43,351 bases of DNA from a virus (taxonomy: Duplodnaviria > Caudoviricetes), in the IMG/VR virus record IMGVR_UViG_3300038520_002532, positions 1 to 43,351 of that record, one strand, 5' to 3'. Each line of letters begins with the position of its first letter. Within the stretch, counting starts at the first letter, position 1. This document shows, piece by piece, positions 1-8,715 of this stretch. The notes beneath the pieces are model-generated. The model saw only the letters and a program-made list of their open reading frames with translations, was not told where the DNA came from and did not search any database. The translations under genes and the position numbers were made by a program.

Positions 1-1446
1 TTACTTGAAAAGGACACCCTTGAAGAACAAAAGAAGGCTTTAGAAAAAATAAAAGAAAATATTCGCATTCAGAGTCTTGAAACTTTGCCTGAAAAGCGAA
101 AATTAGTCAAAATTATCCAAAATCTTAAGAGAGCCTATCCTGATTTAGTAAATTATACAGAAATTGAGCGAAAATTTAGAAAACAGGGTTTAGTTTTTGG
201 AGAAATTGATGAAAGTTTCGAATATGCTGAAGAAATTACTGTTTCTGAGTTAAATTTTGAGAAAATCTATCAAATTTTCCGCAGATTACCTAATATTGAG
301 AAAGGCGGCAACACTAGACTAGCAATTATCCAGATGTTACCCGATGTTGGGTCCACAAATTCGAATTTGATTAAGGTTTTTGACTTAAAAACCAGAAATC
401 TTAACCCAATTGTGCTTTCTTTGTTCCAAAGAGGCAAAACTTTCGACTTAAAACAGTCAAAAGAGGACATGAAATCGCAACTTTTTAACATTTTATCGTC
501 AAAAGGAGCCTCTCAGGACGCCCTTTTGAGGCAATTATCGGTCGCAAATAAGGAACTTTTTGGCGGAATTAGGTCATATTCGCAACTTGAAGCAACAGAT
601 GATGAAGCAAAAATCAATGCATTTAACCGGCAATGGGAAAAATGGAGCAAGGGTGGAGCGCAACCCTCGATTATTGTTGAGGCAGAATACGCAGAAGAAC
701 TGTTTCAACTACTAAAAGAGATTGAAAGGTTTGATGAGGAAGCATATTCTTCTTATTTTCCACAATTTGAAATGCCTGAAACCTATGCTGACTTAGGCTT
801 TGTGCCTATTAATACCACAAAGTTCTTAAATAACGAGACAGGTATTGATAAATTGATTGATAGAATGATTGATGAAGATATTGATATCGAGGACATTGCA
901 GAATCTAAATTACTTGATGATTCTTTACGTTTCAATAAAGATTTAATTCTTAGCGTTGGCGTAAAGTCGGCAGTTAAAGAAAATTTAGAAGAAAATCCTA
1001 ACTTTATTGAAAGGTTCTTAGAAACCGTGAAAGAACCTAACTTATTGAAGACAGAAAAGGCTTTTAGATTAAATGTTTCTGATTTGGCTTCAGGTTCTCT
1101 TACTCAAAACAGGGATGCTCCCTTATCTTTGGCAATTTTAGCAAGAATTGCTAGTGAATACGAAGACCCCTCTATTGCGAATGAATTGGCTAAAGAGTTA
1201 AAGGCTTTGTCCGACGCGGGAGAAGGTTCATCAGCGGGAGGCGAGGTTCAGCAGGTAGGAGATGCCTTCGGCAAGTTAAGTGACGCTATTTCTAGTTTTA
1301 AGCAAAGCATTCCTAATAAGTTCAAAGAACATTTAGAACAAATTGTTCAAAATAAAGAAGACAATGCAGAATTTTTCCAATCGGCAGTATATCAATTGTT
1401 AGTTAAAGAACTTAATGTATTAAAGGAGGTTGAGAACGATGGTTGA
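1..1446 (+). CDS. Large acidic helical hypothetical protein, 5'-truncated by window
   Basis: Frame is open from base 1 (TTA CTT GAA AAG...) to the TGA at 1444-1446; E/K/L-rich, no recognisable motif. Confidence 0.75.
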   Translation, partial: LLEKDTLEEQKKALEKIKENIRIQSLETLPEKRKLVKIIQNLKRAYPDLVNYTEIERKFRKQGLVFGEIDESFEYAEEITVSELNFEKIYQIFRRLPNIEKGGNTRLAIIQMLPDVGSTNSNLIKVFDLKTRNLNPIVLSLFQRGKTFDLKQSKEDMKSQLFNILSSKGASQDALLRQLSVANKELFGGIRSYSQLEATDDEAKINAFNRQWEKWSKGGAQPSIIVEAEYAEELFQLLKEIERFDEEAYSSYFPQFEMPETYADLGFVPINTTKFLNNETGIDKLIDRMIDEDIDIEDIAESKLLDDSLRFNKDLILSVGVKSAVKENLEENPNFIERFLETVKEPNLLKTEKAFRLNVSDLASGSLTQNRDAPLSLAILARIASEYEDPSIANELAKELKALSDAGEGSSAGGEVQQVGDAFGKLSDAISSFKQSIPNKFKEHLEQIVQNKEDNAEFFQSAVYQLLVKELNVLKEVENDG

Positions 1447-3952
1447 ACCTCTAACTCCTGCCGAAATTCAATCTATCAATACTGCTCTTGCAGGTTTGCC
1501 CAAAGGCAAACTTAAATACAAAAGGGCTCAACGTGATGAGTTCTTTAGATTAAGAGGAACCGACCTTTCTAACGAAGATATCGCGGCTCTTAAAGAACAA
1601 TTCGAATCTGATGAAACAGGCATTGATGCAAGTCAGCGAGATGAAACTGCACTTCTTCAAGAAGTTCAAGTTGAATTCAAAAAGTTTCTTAAAGATTTAT
1701 CTCTCCTAGGTTTTAGATACAAAGGTCGTCCTTTGTCTGAAGCCATTGGAACAGGTGATGAGTTTAGTTTCGATAGAGCGCAATTCACTAGAGGTTCTTC
1801 TGCTAGGTCAAGAGTAAAGGTGGACAAAGCCTTTATGGATAAAAAATTAGAAAAACTTCGTAAATATTTGATGACCCCATTGATTGACGATGAATTTAAA
1901 AAGAAGTATGGAGAAAGCATTGACCTTCTTGCTAGTGTTTTACCAAGAATGCGGGCCAGAGATATTTCAAGAGTAAAGATTACTACTGCCCGTGTTCCTT
2001 TTGAAACATTTTTCTCTGCAAAGTCTAGACTGAATGCATCCAACAGAAAAAAGATGTATTCTGACTTTGCTAATATTGAAAAGGCTTTTAATGATTTGCC
2101 TGATAAACTTAGTGATGTTGCTAAAGAAGTTAAATCTGATGAACGTTTATCTGAAATTGTTTCTTCTATGCAAGAGTTAATCAAAGATAACAATCTTAAT
2201 TATTTCCGTGACTTCCCTGAAGTTGATATTAGCGTTGCTAATGTTTTTGAGATGGAAGACAGAATGGCTGCTTTACTTGTAGAAAATCTTCTTGCTACTC
2301 AAGAAACCTTGCAGACTTATGATGAAGGGGGAGAAGATTCTTTAGCAGAATTGAAAGATGAAGTCGAGGGACCACAAGATGCCGATACTGCGACTACATC
2401 TATCAATATTGCAGGAGAAGAAGTTACAGATGTTGGTTTAGATGATACAGTTGACGACAATCTTTTGACCGCTGCTGAAGAATATGTTGAAGATATTTTC
2501 GATGATGGCGAATACGAAGAAGAGTTAGAAACTAAACTTTCATTGGACCCTCTCTCTTTAATTGTCCTAGAAAATGTAGGATACCAAATGGTTTTCTACG
2601 CTAAAAACAAAGGCCTTTCAGAAACAAGAGAAGAGATTAAAGAAAACATTGTTCAGGAAATTGTTATTCCGTTTTTGAAAGGAGTAGACAAGGCATCTGC
2701 TTCTGTTGCACTAAATAGGATTGAAGCCCAATTAGATTTCCTTATGGGTAAGTTGGCTAAACTCGAAGAGTCTGTCCAAGGTTCTGTTAGACTACCTGTT
2801 TATTTCTCAGAACTAGGTTCTCTTAGAAAACACTACCCTAATATTAGAGAGGACACTTCATTGGACCAAGACATTGATGAATTCTTAAATCTGTATTTGG
2901 AACTAGCCTTTGAAGAAGCACCTAGAGGTTCTGTCCGCACAAGAAGAGGAGGCGGTGGAGATAAGGGTGAAAAAGACCAATATGGTATTCAAGTCCAAAC
3001 TCGCGGCGGTGATGTGAGAACATACACCGAAAGAGCAGCAAGAGACGTTAAGCCTGTCCTTACTTCAATTGAAGGTAAAAGAAGAAAGGGGGCTTCTATT
3101 GACGAGTTAGGTGAACTGCTCAACAAACTATTCGTCGAGGTTGAAGACTTGTCTTCCGGTATTGCTGTAAATTATCCATTTACAGGGAGCCTTATCGCCC
3201 TTCAGTCTTCAGGAACTTACTCAGGGCAACTTACTCAAAGAATGAGAAAAAGTGCCGGGGCAGTAATCAAGCGTTCTAGAGTAAAACAAATGAATGCTTT
3301 CCTTAAGAAGTTCAAGGGAGTCGGTCAGCAATTAACTTATGAAACCATGCAACCGTTAGCAGAAGGTTTCGCATCTGCTCTTAAATCAACATATGGGGCC
3401 AAGAGAAAAAGCCAGATGGCTAAGGAGATTGAAAGAGACGTTGCATCATTGGTCGGTGCGCTTTTCTCTTCATCGGATTTCTCAAATAAGCAAGCCCTTA
3501 GATTATTTGGTCGTTCAATTTTTGAAACATATAGAGAGGAAGGGGTTGACCACCCGAATGAGATTAGAGCCTTAACTACTTTGATTAAAGCAATTCAGCG
3601 TGACCCCAATGCTTTCCTCCCTAAGAGTGAGGACCAAAAAGAATTCAGAGATTTGGTTGATTTGGTCGAGTCTTTTAACCTAATCATTAAGGAAGAGATT
3701 AATTCTAAACTATTGTCTGCTCATGATGAGTTAAGAATTCTTAAGAAAAGTGAAGTCTATAGGTCTTATCTAAACTATGACCACATTGGAGATATCTGTA
3801 AAATGCAGGACCATCTTCAAGAATCTAACCTTGACTTAACTGCTCTTGAAATTAAGAATATCGTCAAGGCTGTGGATTCTCACAAGTCCATCGGTAATGA
3901 ATATGGTATTAGTTCTGATACTGTTTATCTAATCAAGTCCCACTTTAGGTGA
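1439..3952 (+). CDS. Large acidic hypothetical protein with C-terminal HTH-like segment (possible virion internal protein)
   Basis: ATG 1439 preceded by GGAGGT; D/E-rich centre; C-terminus HKSIGNEYGISSDTVYLIK is HTH-like. Confidence 0.7.
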   Translation: MVEPLTPAEIQSINTALAGLPKGKLKYKRAQRDEFFRLRGTDLSNEDIAALKEQFESDETGIDASQRDETALLQEVQVEFKKFLKDLSLLGFRYKGRPLSEAIGTGDEFSFDRAQFTRGSSARSRVKVDKAFMDKKLEKLRKYLMTPLIDDEFKKKYGESIDLLASVLPRMRARDISRVKITTARVPFETFFSAKSRLNASNRKKMYSDFANIEKAFNDLPDKLSDVAKEVKSDERLSEIVSSMQELIKDNNLNYFRDFPEVDISVANVFEMEDRMAALLVENLLATQETLQTYDEGGEDSLAELKDEVEGPQDADTATTSINIAGEEVTDVGLDDTVDDNLLTAAEEYVEDIFDDGEYEEELETKLSLDPLSLIVLENVGYQMVFYAKNKGLSETREEIKENIVQEIVIPFLKGVDKASASVALNRIEAQLDFLMGKLAKLEESVQGSVRLPVYFSELGSLRKHYPNIREDTSLDQDIDEFLNLYLELAFEEAPRGSVRTRRGGGGDKGEKDQYGIQVQTRGGDVRTYTERAARDVKPVLTSIEGKRRKGASIDELGELLNKLFVEVEDLSSGIAVNYPFTGSLIALQSSGTYSGQLTQRMRKSAGAVIKRSRVKQMNAFLKKFKGVGQQLTYETMQPLAEGFASALKSTYGAKRKSQMAKEIERDVASLVGALFSSSDFSNKQALRLFGRSIFETYREEGVDHPNEIRALTTLIKAIQRDPNAFLPKSEDQKEFRDLVDLVESFNLIIKEEINSKLLSAHDELRILKKSEVYRSYLNYDHIGDICKMQDHLQESNLDLTALEIKNIVKAVDSHKSIGNEYGISSDTVYLIKSHFR

Positions 3953-3956
3953 TATT

Positions 3957-4202
3957 ATGCAAATCCTAAAGTCAACTGAAAGATGGGAAAAGGCTAGAGA
4001 TTTTATTTTAAATGATGTTTTTCCTAGAGACACAGGACCGGGACAAACATACGTTAAGTTTTCAAATGCAGGAAAAGATAACCAAAGAGTTATTCGTGCA
4101 TATTTTGAAATGGGAATGAATAAGCCTAAAGATAGGCAAAAACTTATGCGATTAATTTTAGGAGAACTAGAAAGAAAGAATCAGTCAGGGAGGTTTGATT
4201 AA
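3957..4202 (+). CDS. Small hypothetical protein (MQILKS leader)
   Basis: AGGTGA SD upstream; 81 aa. Confidence 0.7.
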   Translation: MQILKSTERWEKARDFILNDVFPRDTGPGQTYVKFSNAGKDNQRVIRAYFEMGMNKPKDRQKLMRLILGELERKNQSGRFD

Positions 4203-4412
4203 ATGTCTTGGGAAGAAATTCTAAAGAAGAAGAAAAAGCGTAAGTCCACCGTCAATCAGGCAGGAAATTATACGAAGCCCGGTCTTCGACGCCGTATTTT
4301 TAATCGCATCAAGCGCGGAGGAAAAGGCGGTGCGCCCGGTCAATGGTCTGCGAGAAAAGCACAAATGTTGGCCCAAGCCTATAAAAAAGCAGGTGGCGGC
4401 TATCGTGACTGA
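4203..4412 (+). CDS. Small basic protein, DUF5872-like N-terminal half (GQWSARKAQ), WxxILK leader
   Basis: GGAGG SD; MSWEEILKK; YTKPGLRRRI...GGAPGQWSARKAQMLAQAYKKAGGGY resembles a conserved phage protein family (from recall). Confidence 0.75.
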   Translation: MSWEEILKKKKKRKSTVNQAGNYTKPGLRRRIFNRIKRGGKGGAPGQWSARKAQMLAQAYKKAGGGYRD

Positions 4413-4677
4413 TTGGAGAGAGGTTGTTAAGGCCAAGTCAAAGAGGCAACGTGACCTTACCCAATGGACAAATGAGGAATGGGGAAGCCAAGAACAACAC
4501 CGCGCTAAGGCAAAGGGAAAGAAAGTTCCATCTAAAACTAAGGGACGTTACATGCCGAAGGCCACATATCAACGCACTCCAAAGAAAACTCTGGACTATC
4601 AAGACCAAAAGAAAAGAAAGGGTCGCAAGAAAGGCAAGCAACACGTTCCAACAGGAAAGAAATTTAGTCAGAAGTGA
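4405..4677 (+). CDS. Small basic protein, DUF5872-like C-terminal half, WxxVVK leader
   Basis: GTG at 4405 after AGGTGG gives MTDWREVVKAK; QRDLTQWTNEEWG...GRYMPKA. Confidence 0.7.
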   Translation: MTDWREVVKAKSKRQRDLTQWTNEEWGSQEQHRAKAKGKKVPSKTKGRYMPKATYQRTPKKTLDYQDQKKRKGRKKGKQHVPTGKKFSQK

Positions 4678-4683
4678 TTTACA

Positions 4684-5205
4684 TTGCCGATAACTAAAAA
4701 GAAAGATGGATATTATTGGGGTTCAAGAGGGCCATTCAAGACAAGAAAAAAGGCTGTTCAAGTTGCACAAGCGGCGTATGCTAGTGGATATGTTAAGAAA
4801 AGTTGGAAACAAATTCTGAAAAAAGATATGTCCTATTGTGTATGTAGTGGACCTAACAAGACAAAAGGATTTACATGCAAAGCGCATTGTCGAAGCAAAG
4901 AACTTAAGAAAGCACCTCGCATTCCAAGAAAGAAAGGACAACCTGCTAAGTCTAAAAAACATTCAGACCTTTACACAGACGAGAATCCCAAAGGAACAAT
5001 TCACGGACTAGGATTCAAAGACGTTAAGACCGCAAAAGCATCCGTAAGCAAAATTAAAAGAAGTGGTCGAAGTCACGCACATAAAACTCAAGCAGCAATC
5101 GCTATGGAACAAAGAGCAAGAGAGATGGGTAAAACATCCGAAGCAGCAGTTTATAGAAGATTCATTGAGCAACAAAAGAAAAAGACTCAGGAGAGAAAGA
5201 AATGA
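4684..5205 (+). CDS. Basic multi-module phage protein (YYWGSRGP module, internal SWKQILKK, Cys module, DLYTDENPKGTIHGLGF module)
   Basis: 173 aa, K/R-rich, modules separated by VKKS/ILKKD/LKKA. Confidence 0.7.
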   Translation: MPITKKKDGYYWGSRGPFKTRKKAVQVAQAAYASGYVKKSWKQILKKDMSYCVCSGPNKTKGFTCKAHCRSKELKKAPRIPRKKGQPAKSKKHSDLYTDENPKGTIHGLGFKDVKTAKASVSKIKRSGRSHAHKTQAAIAMEQRAREMGKTSEAAVYRRFIEQQKKKTQERKK

Positions 5206-5624
5206 CTTGGAAAGATATTTTAAAAGCCCATTGCGGCACAGAAAAGTTAGATACTGAAGAAAAGAAACTTGTCGGTAATCAAAAGAGAATTGATGCCGAC
5301 AAGGATGGAAAGATTACCGAAAAAGATTTTGCTATGCTTCGAGAGAAAAAAGCACAAGTCAAGTGTCCTAAATGTAAAGGAAAAGGTTGCGCCCATTGTG
5401 ATAACAAAGGCTATCATATTTCAAAATCACACAAAAGTGATTCGCAAATCGAAAAAGAAATTCTTGCTGAAATCGAAAAGGAAGGAGGAGCGTTGGGTAT
5501 GAAAAATCTAAAACCTATTTGTCCTTCTGAAGATTTGCAAAGAGTTCTTGGTAAGATGAAAAAAGAAGGCAAAGTCTTCATGCATAAGGATGGAGACATT
5601 TATACTCATGAACCTAAGAAGTGA
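5202..5624 (+). CDS. Multi-module protein: WKDILKA leader, EF-hand-like loop, CxxC..CxxC zinc finger, winged-helix-like C-terminus
   Basis: DADKDGKITEKDF; CPKCKGKGCAHC; EKEILAEIEKEGGALGMKNL...GKVFMHKDGDIY. Confidence 0.7.
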   Translation: MTWKDILKAHCGTEKLDTEEKKLVGNQKRIDADKDGKITEKDFAMLREKKAQVKCPKCKGKGCAHCDNKGYHISKSHKSDSQIEKEILAEIEKEGGALGMKNLKPICPSEDLQRVLGKMKKEGKVFMHKDGDIYTHEPKK

Positions 5625-5629
5625 TTCTA

Positions 5630-6019
5630 ATGAGTTGGGAAATCATCCTGAAAGAATTGGCTTGTCCACGGGCAACACAAGACCTGAAGTTAAACACTAA
5701 GAACAGAAATGCCGCTATCAAAGCAGAGCATATTCAATATGGTCCTTTGACTATTGAAAAACCCGGTGACTATTGGGAAAAAATTGCAGAACATTGGAAT
5801 ACTGATGTTGAGGCTGCTAAGAATACTAAGTGTTCAAACTGTGATGCTTTTGACGTTAGCCCAAGAATGAAAAAGTGTATGCCTTTAGAGGGTGCTCTTG
5901 GATATTGTTGGATGCATGATTTTAAATGCCATAAAGATAGGACTTGTTATACTTGGGTCGCAGGTGGCCCCATTAAGGATGATGAAAAGTCCAAGAAAAA
6001 TCAAATGAAAGGTGGTTGA
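5630..6019 (+). CDS. Cys-rich conserved phage hypothetical protein, WEIILK leader
   Basis: MSWEIILKE; CSNCDAF, GYCWMHDFKC..RTCYTW. Confidence 0.7.
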   Translation: MSWEIILKELACPRATQDLKLNTKNRNAAIKAEHIQYGPLTIEKPGDYWEKIAEHWNTDVEAAKNTKCSNCDAFDVSPRMKKCMPLEGALGYCWMHDFKCHKDRTCYTWVAGGPIKDDEKSKKNQMKGG

Positions 6020-6020
6020 A

Positions 6021-6308
6021 ATGGATTGGAAAGAGGTCATGAAGAAAGACAAAAAAGATATGCGCGTTGGTCGCGTTTATCCTTCTGACCGAAAGGGCAA
6101 GAAAATTATGATGCTTACTGACCAAGGCAAGAAAATTCACGCCGGAGCAAAGGGTTACGGCAACTATAAAAGAAAAGGAAAAAATCGTGGTGGTGGAACC
6201 CACAGAAGCGCAAAGCGACGTAAGAACTTCCGTGCGCGTCATAATTGCGACCAATGCAAAGGTCCAATCCGAACTCCAAAATGTCTAGCCTGCAAGAAAC
6301 TTTGGTGA
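6021..6308 (+). CDS. Small basic viral protein (KIHAGAKGY...RRKNFRARH type), WKEVMKK leader
   Basis: AGGTGG SD; MDWKEVMKK; C-terminal CDQC..CLAC. Confidence 0.7.
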   Translation: MDWKEVMKKDKKDMRVGRVYPSDRKGKKIMMLTDQGKKIHAGAKGYGNYKRKGKNRGGGTHRSAKRRKNFRARHNCDQCKGPIRTPKCLACKKLW

Positions 6309-6313
6309 TTCAG

Positions 6314-6730
6314 ATGTCTTGGGAGGATATTTTAAAAATTAAAACATCTGAGGGTTCTTATCTCCGACTTGAAGATTGGGACGGTTTTGTTTCTAAACTC
6401 AAAGGAGTTGTCCGTCCCTTTGCTCTAAAATATTTTGGTGCTAGAAGAACTTACCTTAGAGTGAATGAAAGAGAACAAGGCGACAGACTTATTCTCAACT
6501 TTACTCTCCGTGACCGAAATTTATCAGAAAGGATTAGTTATGATTTTACGTTTATTGAAGAAGATGGCGATTATGTGTTTTTAACTGCTATCGGTCCAAA
6601 TTTAAATTTAGGAACCAATGATGTGATTGAATCTGAGAATGAACTTTTAAGTGAAGTTTATATTGCTATTCAACAAGAAATTCTTATGAATCTTAAGCCA
6701 AGTGGTAATATTCCACCAAAAGGTGATTAA
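6314..6730 (+). CDS. Hypothetical protein, WEDILK leader
   Basis: GGTGA SD then ATG 6314, MSWEDILKI. Confidence 0.7.
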   Translation: MSWEDILKIKTSEGSYLRLEDWDGFVSKLKGVVRPFALKYFGARRTYLRVNEREQGDRLILNFTLRDRNLSERISYDFTFIEEDGDYVFLTAIGPNLNLGTNDVIESENELLSEVYIAIQQEILMNLKPSGNIPPKGD

Positions 6731-7279
6731 ATGAGTTGGTGGACTATTATCAAATCTCACCCTCGTTTGGTGGAAATGATTGGTAATAGTTCTGAAAAGT
6801 TAGTTAAGTTAGCAGACGAAGAGGAAATGATTGAGTTGTGGAATGCTTCCAATCCTGAACTTCAAATGCAAAGCAGAGATAGTCGAGGCCTACAAAAATA
6901 TCCGATTGATGAATGGTATGGCTACATTAAAGTCGTAAAAGGAAAGCCTGTTCTTGGGGCCATTGGTGGCTATGCGATTCGCCAAGGAAAGGGAGGGAAA
7001 CCCTTTGCTTATATTGGAGGCATCAGAGGAAACCGAACGCGAGAGTTTCAAGGAATTCCAACTGATGTAGTTAGGCCGGAATATTTAAAACAAGTCGAAG
7101 GCATCCCAAAAATTGCAGGATTTACGAACATGGGCGCTCTCCGTTTTGTCGAAGGAACGCCGACTCAGCCCGAAACGCATGAAGTCATTCCTGACGATGT
7201 TCTAGAGTATTTTAGAAACGCTCAACGCTACGCTACTTGGAACGTCACAAAAAGCAATTCTTGGGGCGTGTGGGTTTAA
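6731..7279 (+). CDS. Hypothetical protein, WWTIIKS leader (weak GNAT-like strand pattern)
   Basis: AGGTGA SD; MSWWTIIKS; stop overlaps the terminase ATG (TAATG). Confidence 0.65.
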   Translation: MSWWTIIKSHPRLVEMIGNSSEKLVKLADEEEMIELWNASNPELQMQSRDSRGLQKYPIDEWYGYIKVVKGKPVLGAIGGYAIRQGKGGKPFAYIGGIRGNRTREFQGIPTDVVRPEYLKQVEGIPKIAGFTNMGALRFVEGTPTQPETHEVIPDDVLEYFRNAQRYATWNVTKSNSWGVWV

Positions 7280-8706
7280 TGGAGGCTGCACCCTTAGACC
7301 TCCAAGAAGCGATGGACATGAAGTTGTCCGCTAACTCCTTTCCATATTTCTTTCAGCAGGTCTTAGGTTTTGATTTCCCATCTTATATTCAAGAGTGGCA
7401 TGAACTAATGAACGGGACTCAAAGAACCGTTATCATTTGTTCTCGTGACCACGGCAAGTCTGTATTTATGCACAGTTGGGTTGTTTGGAATCTAGTTTTC
7501 CAAGAGCCGCCGTATCAAATGCTTTACATTTCATCTAACCAAAAACAGACAATGGTTCACATGAGAGACATTGATAAATTATTCACTCATCCTTATCTTA
7601 AAAAGTATAAGCCTCCCCGTGGTTGGGCGATTGGAAATATCACCCTTACGAATGGAAACCAAATCCTTGAGCGTTCCGTTGGCTCTCAGATTCGTGGTCT
7701 TCACCCACAAGAGATTGTGATTGACGACCCTCTGAAAGAATTTAGCATGACGGCTATTCAAAAGGTTACTGATTGGTTTTATGGAGACATGATTCCTACA
7801 CTTCACCACACCGCATCACTTCGAGTTATCGGAACTCCTTTCAGTTACACAGATATTTACCAACAGTTAGCAGAAAACGAAGCCTATACGGTTAGAACAT
7901 ATCCGTGTCTCAATTCACTAAATGAACCACTATGGCCTGACCGTTGGAACTATGATGCTCTTATGGCGCGTAAGGCTGAAATCGGAACACTTAAGTTCAC
8001 AAGAGAATACATGTGTGTTCCTATTTCTACAGGCACAAGTCTATTCAATCCAGAATACTTAGATGCTGCAAAGAATAAAGATTTAATCCTGAAGCCGATG
8101 CGACGTGAAGGTTTCAAATATTTTGTGGGCGTTGACCCTGCTATTTCAACTGATGGTGACTATAACGTAATCACAGTTATCGAAATGGACGAAGATGAAA
8201 ATAAAAGAGTTGTCTATGTGGACAGAGCCAAGAATGTTCAGTTCAGAGACAACATTCAAAAAGTTAAACTCATTAACTCAATGTTCCGTCCTGAGGTAGT
8301 CCTGTTTGAAACAAATACGTTCGCTAAGTCTTTCACACAAGAGTTACGCCAAGTCGCAGACATTAACGTTCATGACTTTAACACAACTCGTCGAAAGAAA
8401 CAAGAAATTATTCTAAACCTTCAGATGACTCTTGAAAATAAGAAATTACACTTTCCCTACGGAAACGAAGAAAGCAGAAGAGTTACGTCCACATTGGTGG
8501 AAGAAATGTCTATGTTTGCAATTACAGACAATGGAAAGTTTGAGGGAATCGGAGCGCACGACGACATGGTGATGAGCCTTGCTTTAGCGAATGCAGCCAC
8601 CTATCAGGCCTCAGAAGCGTTTATCCTGCTTGATGACTTGGACGTGTTCGGTGGGAACCCAACGGCTTCTCGCCCCCAACGCGGCTTCATGGGCTTGAAC
8701 TTTTGA
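7279..8706 (+). CDS. terL: Terminase large subunit
   Basis: Walker A SRDHGKS, Walker B IVIDD, GTP coupling motif, LWPDRW, RNase H-like nuclease GVDPA and HDDMVMSLALA; likely start ATG 7279. Confidence 0.95.
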   Translation: MEAAPLDLQEAMDMKLSANSFPYFFQQVLGFDFPSYIQEWHELMNGTQRTVIICSRDHGKSVFMHSWVVWNLVFQEPPYQMLYISSNQKQTMVHMRDIDKLFTHPYLKKYKPPRGWAIGNITLTNGNQILERSVGSQIRGLHPQEIVIDDPLKEFSMTAIQKVTDWFYGDMIPTLHHTASLRVIGTPFSYTDIYQQLAENEAYTVRTYPCLNSLNEPLWPDRWNYDALMARKAEIGTLKFTREYMCVPISTGTSLFNPEYLDAAKNKDLILKPMRREGFKYFVGVDPAISTDGDYNVITVIEMDEDENKRVVYVDRAKNVQFRDNIQKVKLINSMFRPEVVLFETNTFAKSFTQELRQVADINVHDFNTTRRKKQEIILNLQMTLENKKLHFPYGNEESRRVTSTLVEEMSMFAITDNGKFEGIGAHDDMVMSLALANAATYQASEAFILLDDLDVFGGNPTASRPQRGFMGLNF

Positions 8707-8715
8707 GGTGATTAT

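Noticed and set aside
4203-6760. CRISPR-like or integron attC array formed by the repeated leader DNA
   Set aside because: Repeats are degenerate, protein-coding, irregularly spaced and non-palindromic; no cas or integrase in the window
6731-7279. GNAT acetyltransferase or small terminase assignment
   Set aside because: Only a vague strand pattern and position; no convincing acetyl-CoA motif or TerS features
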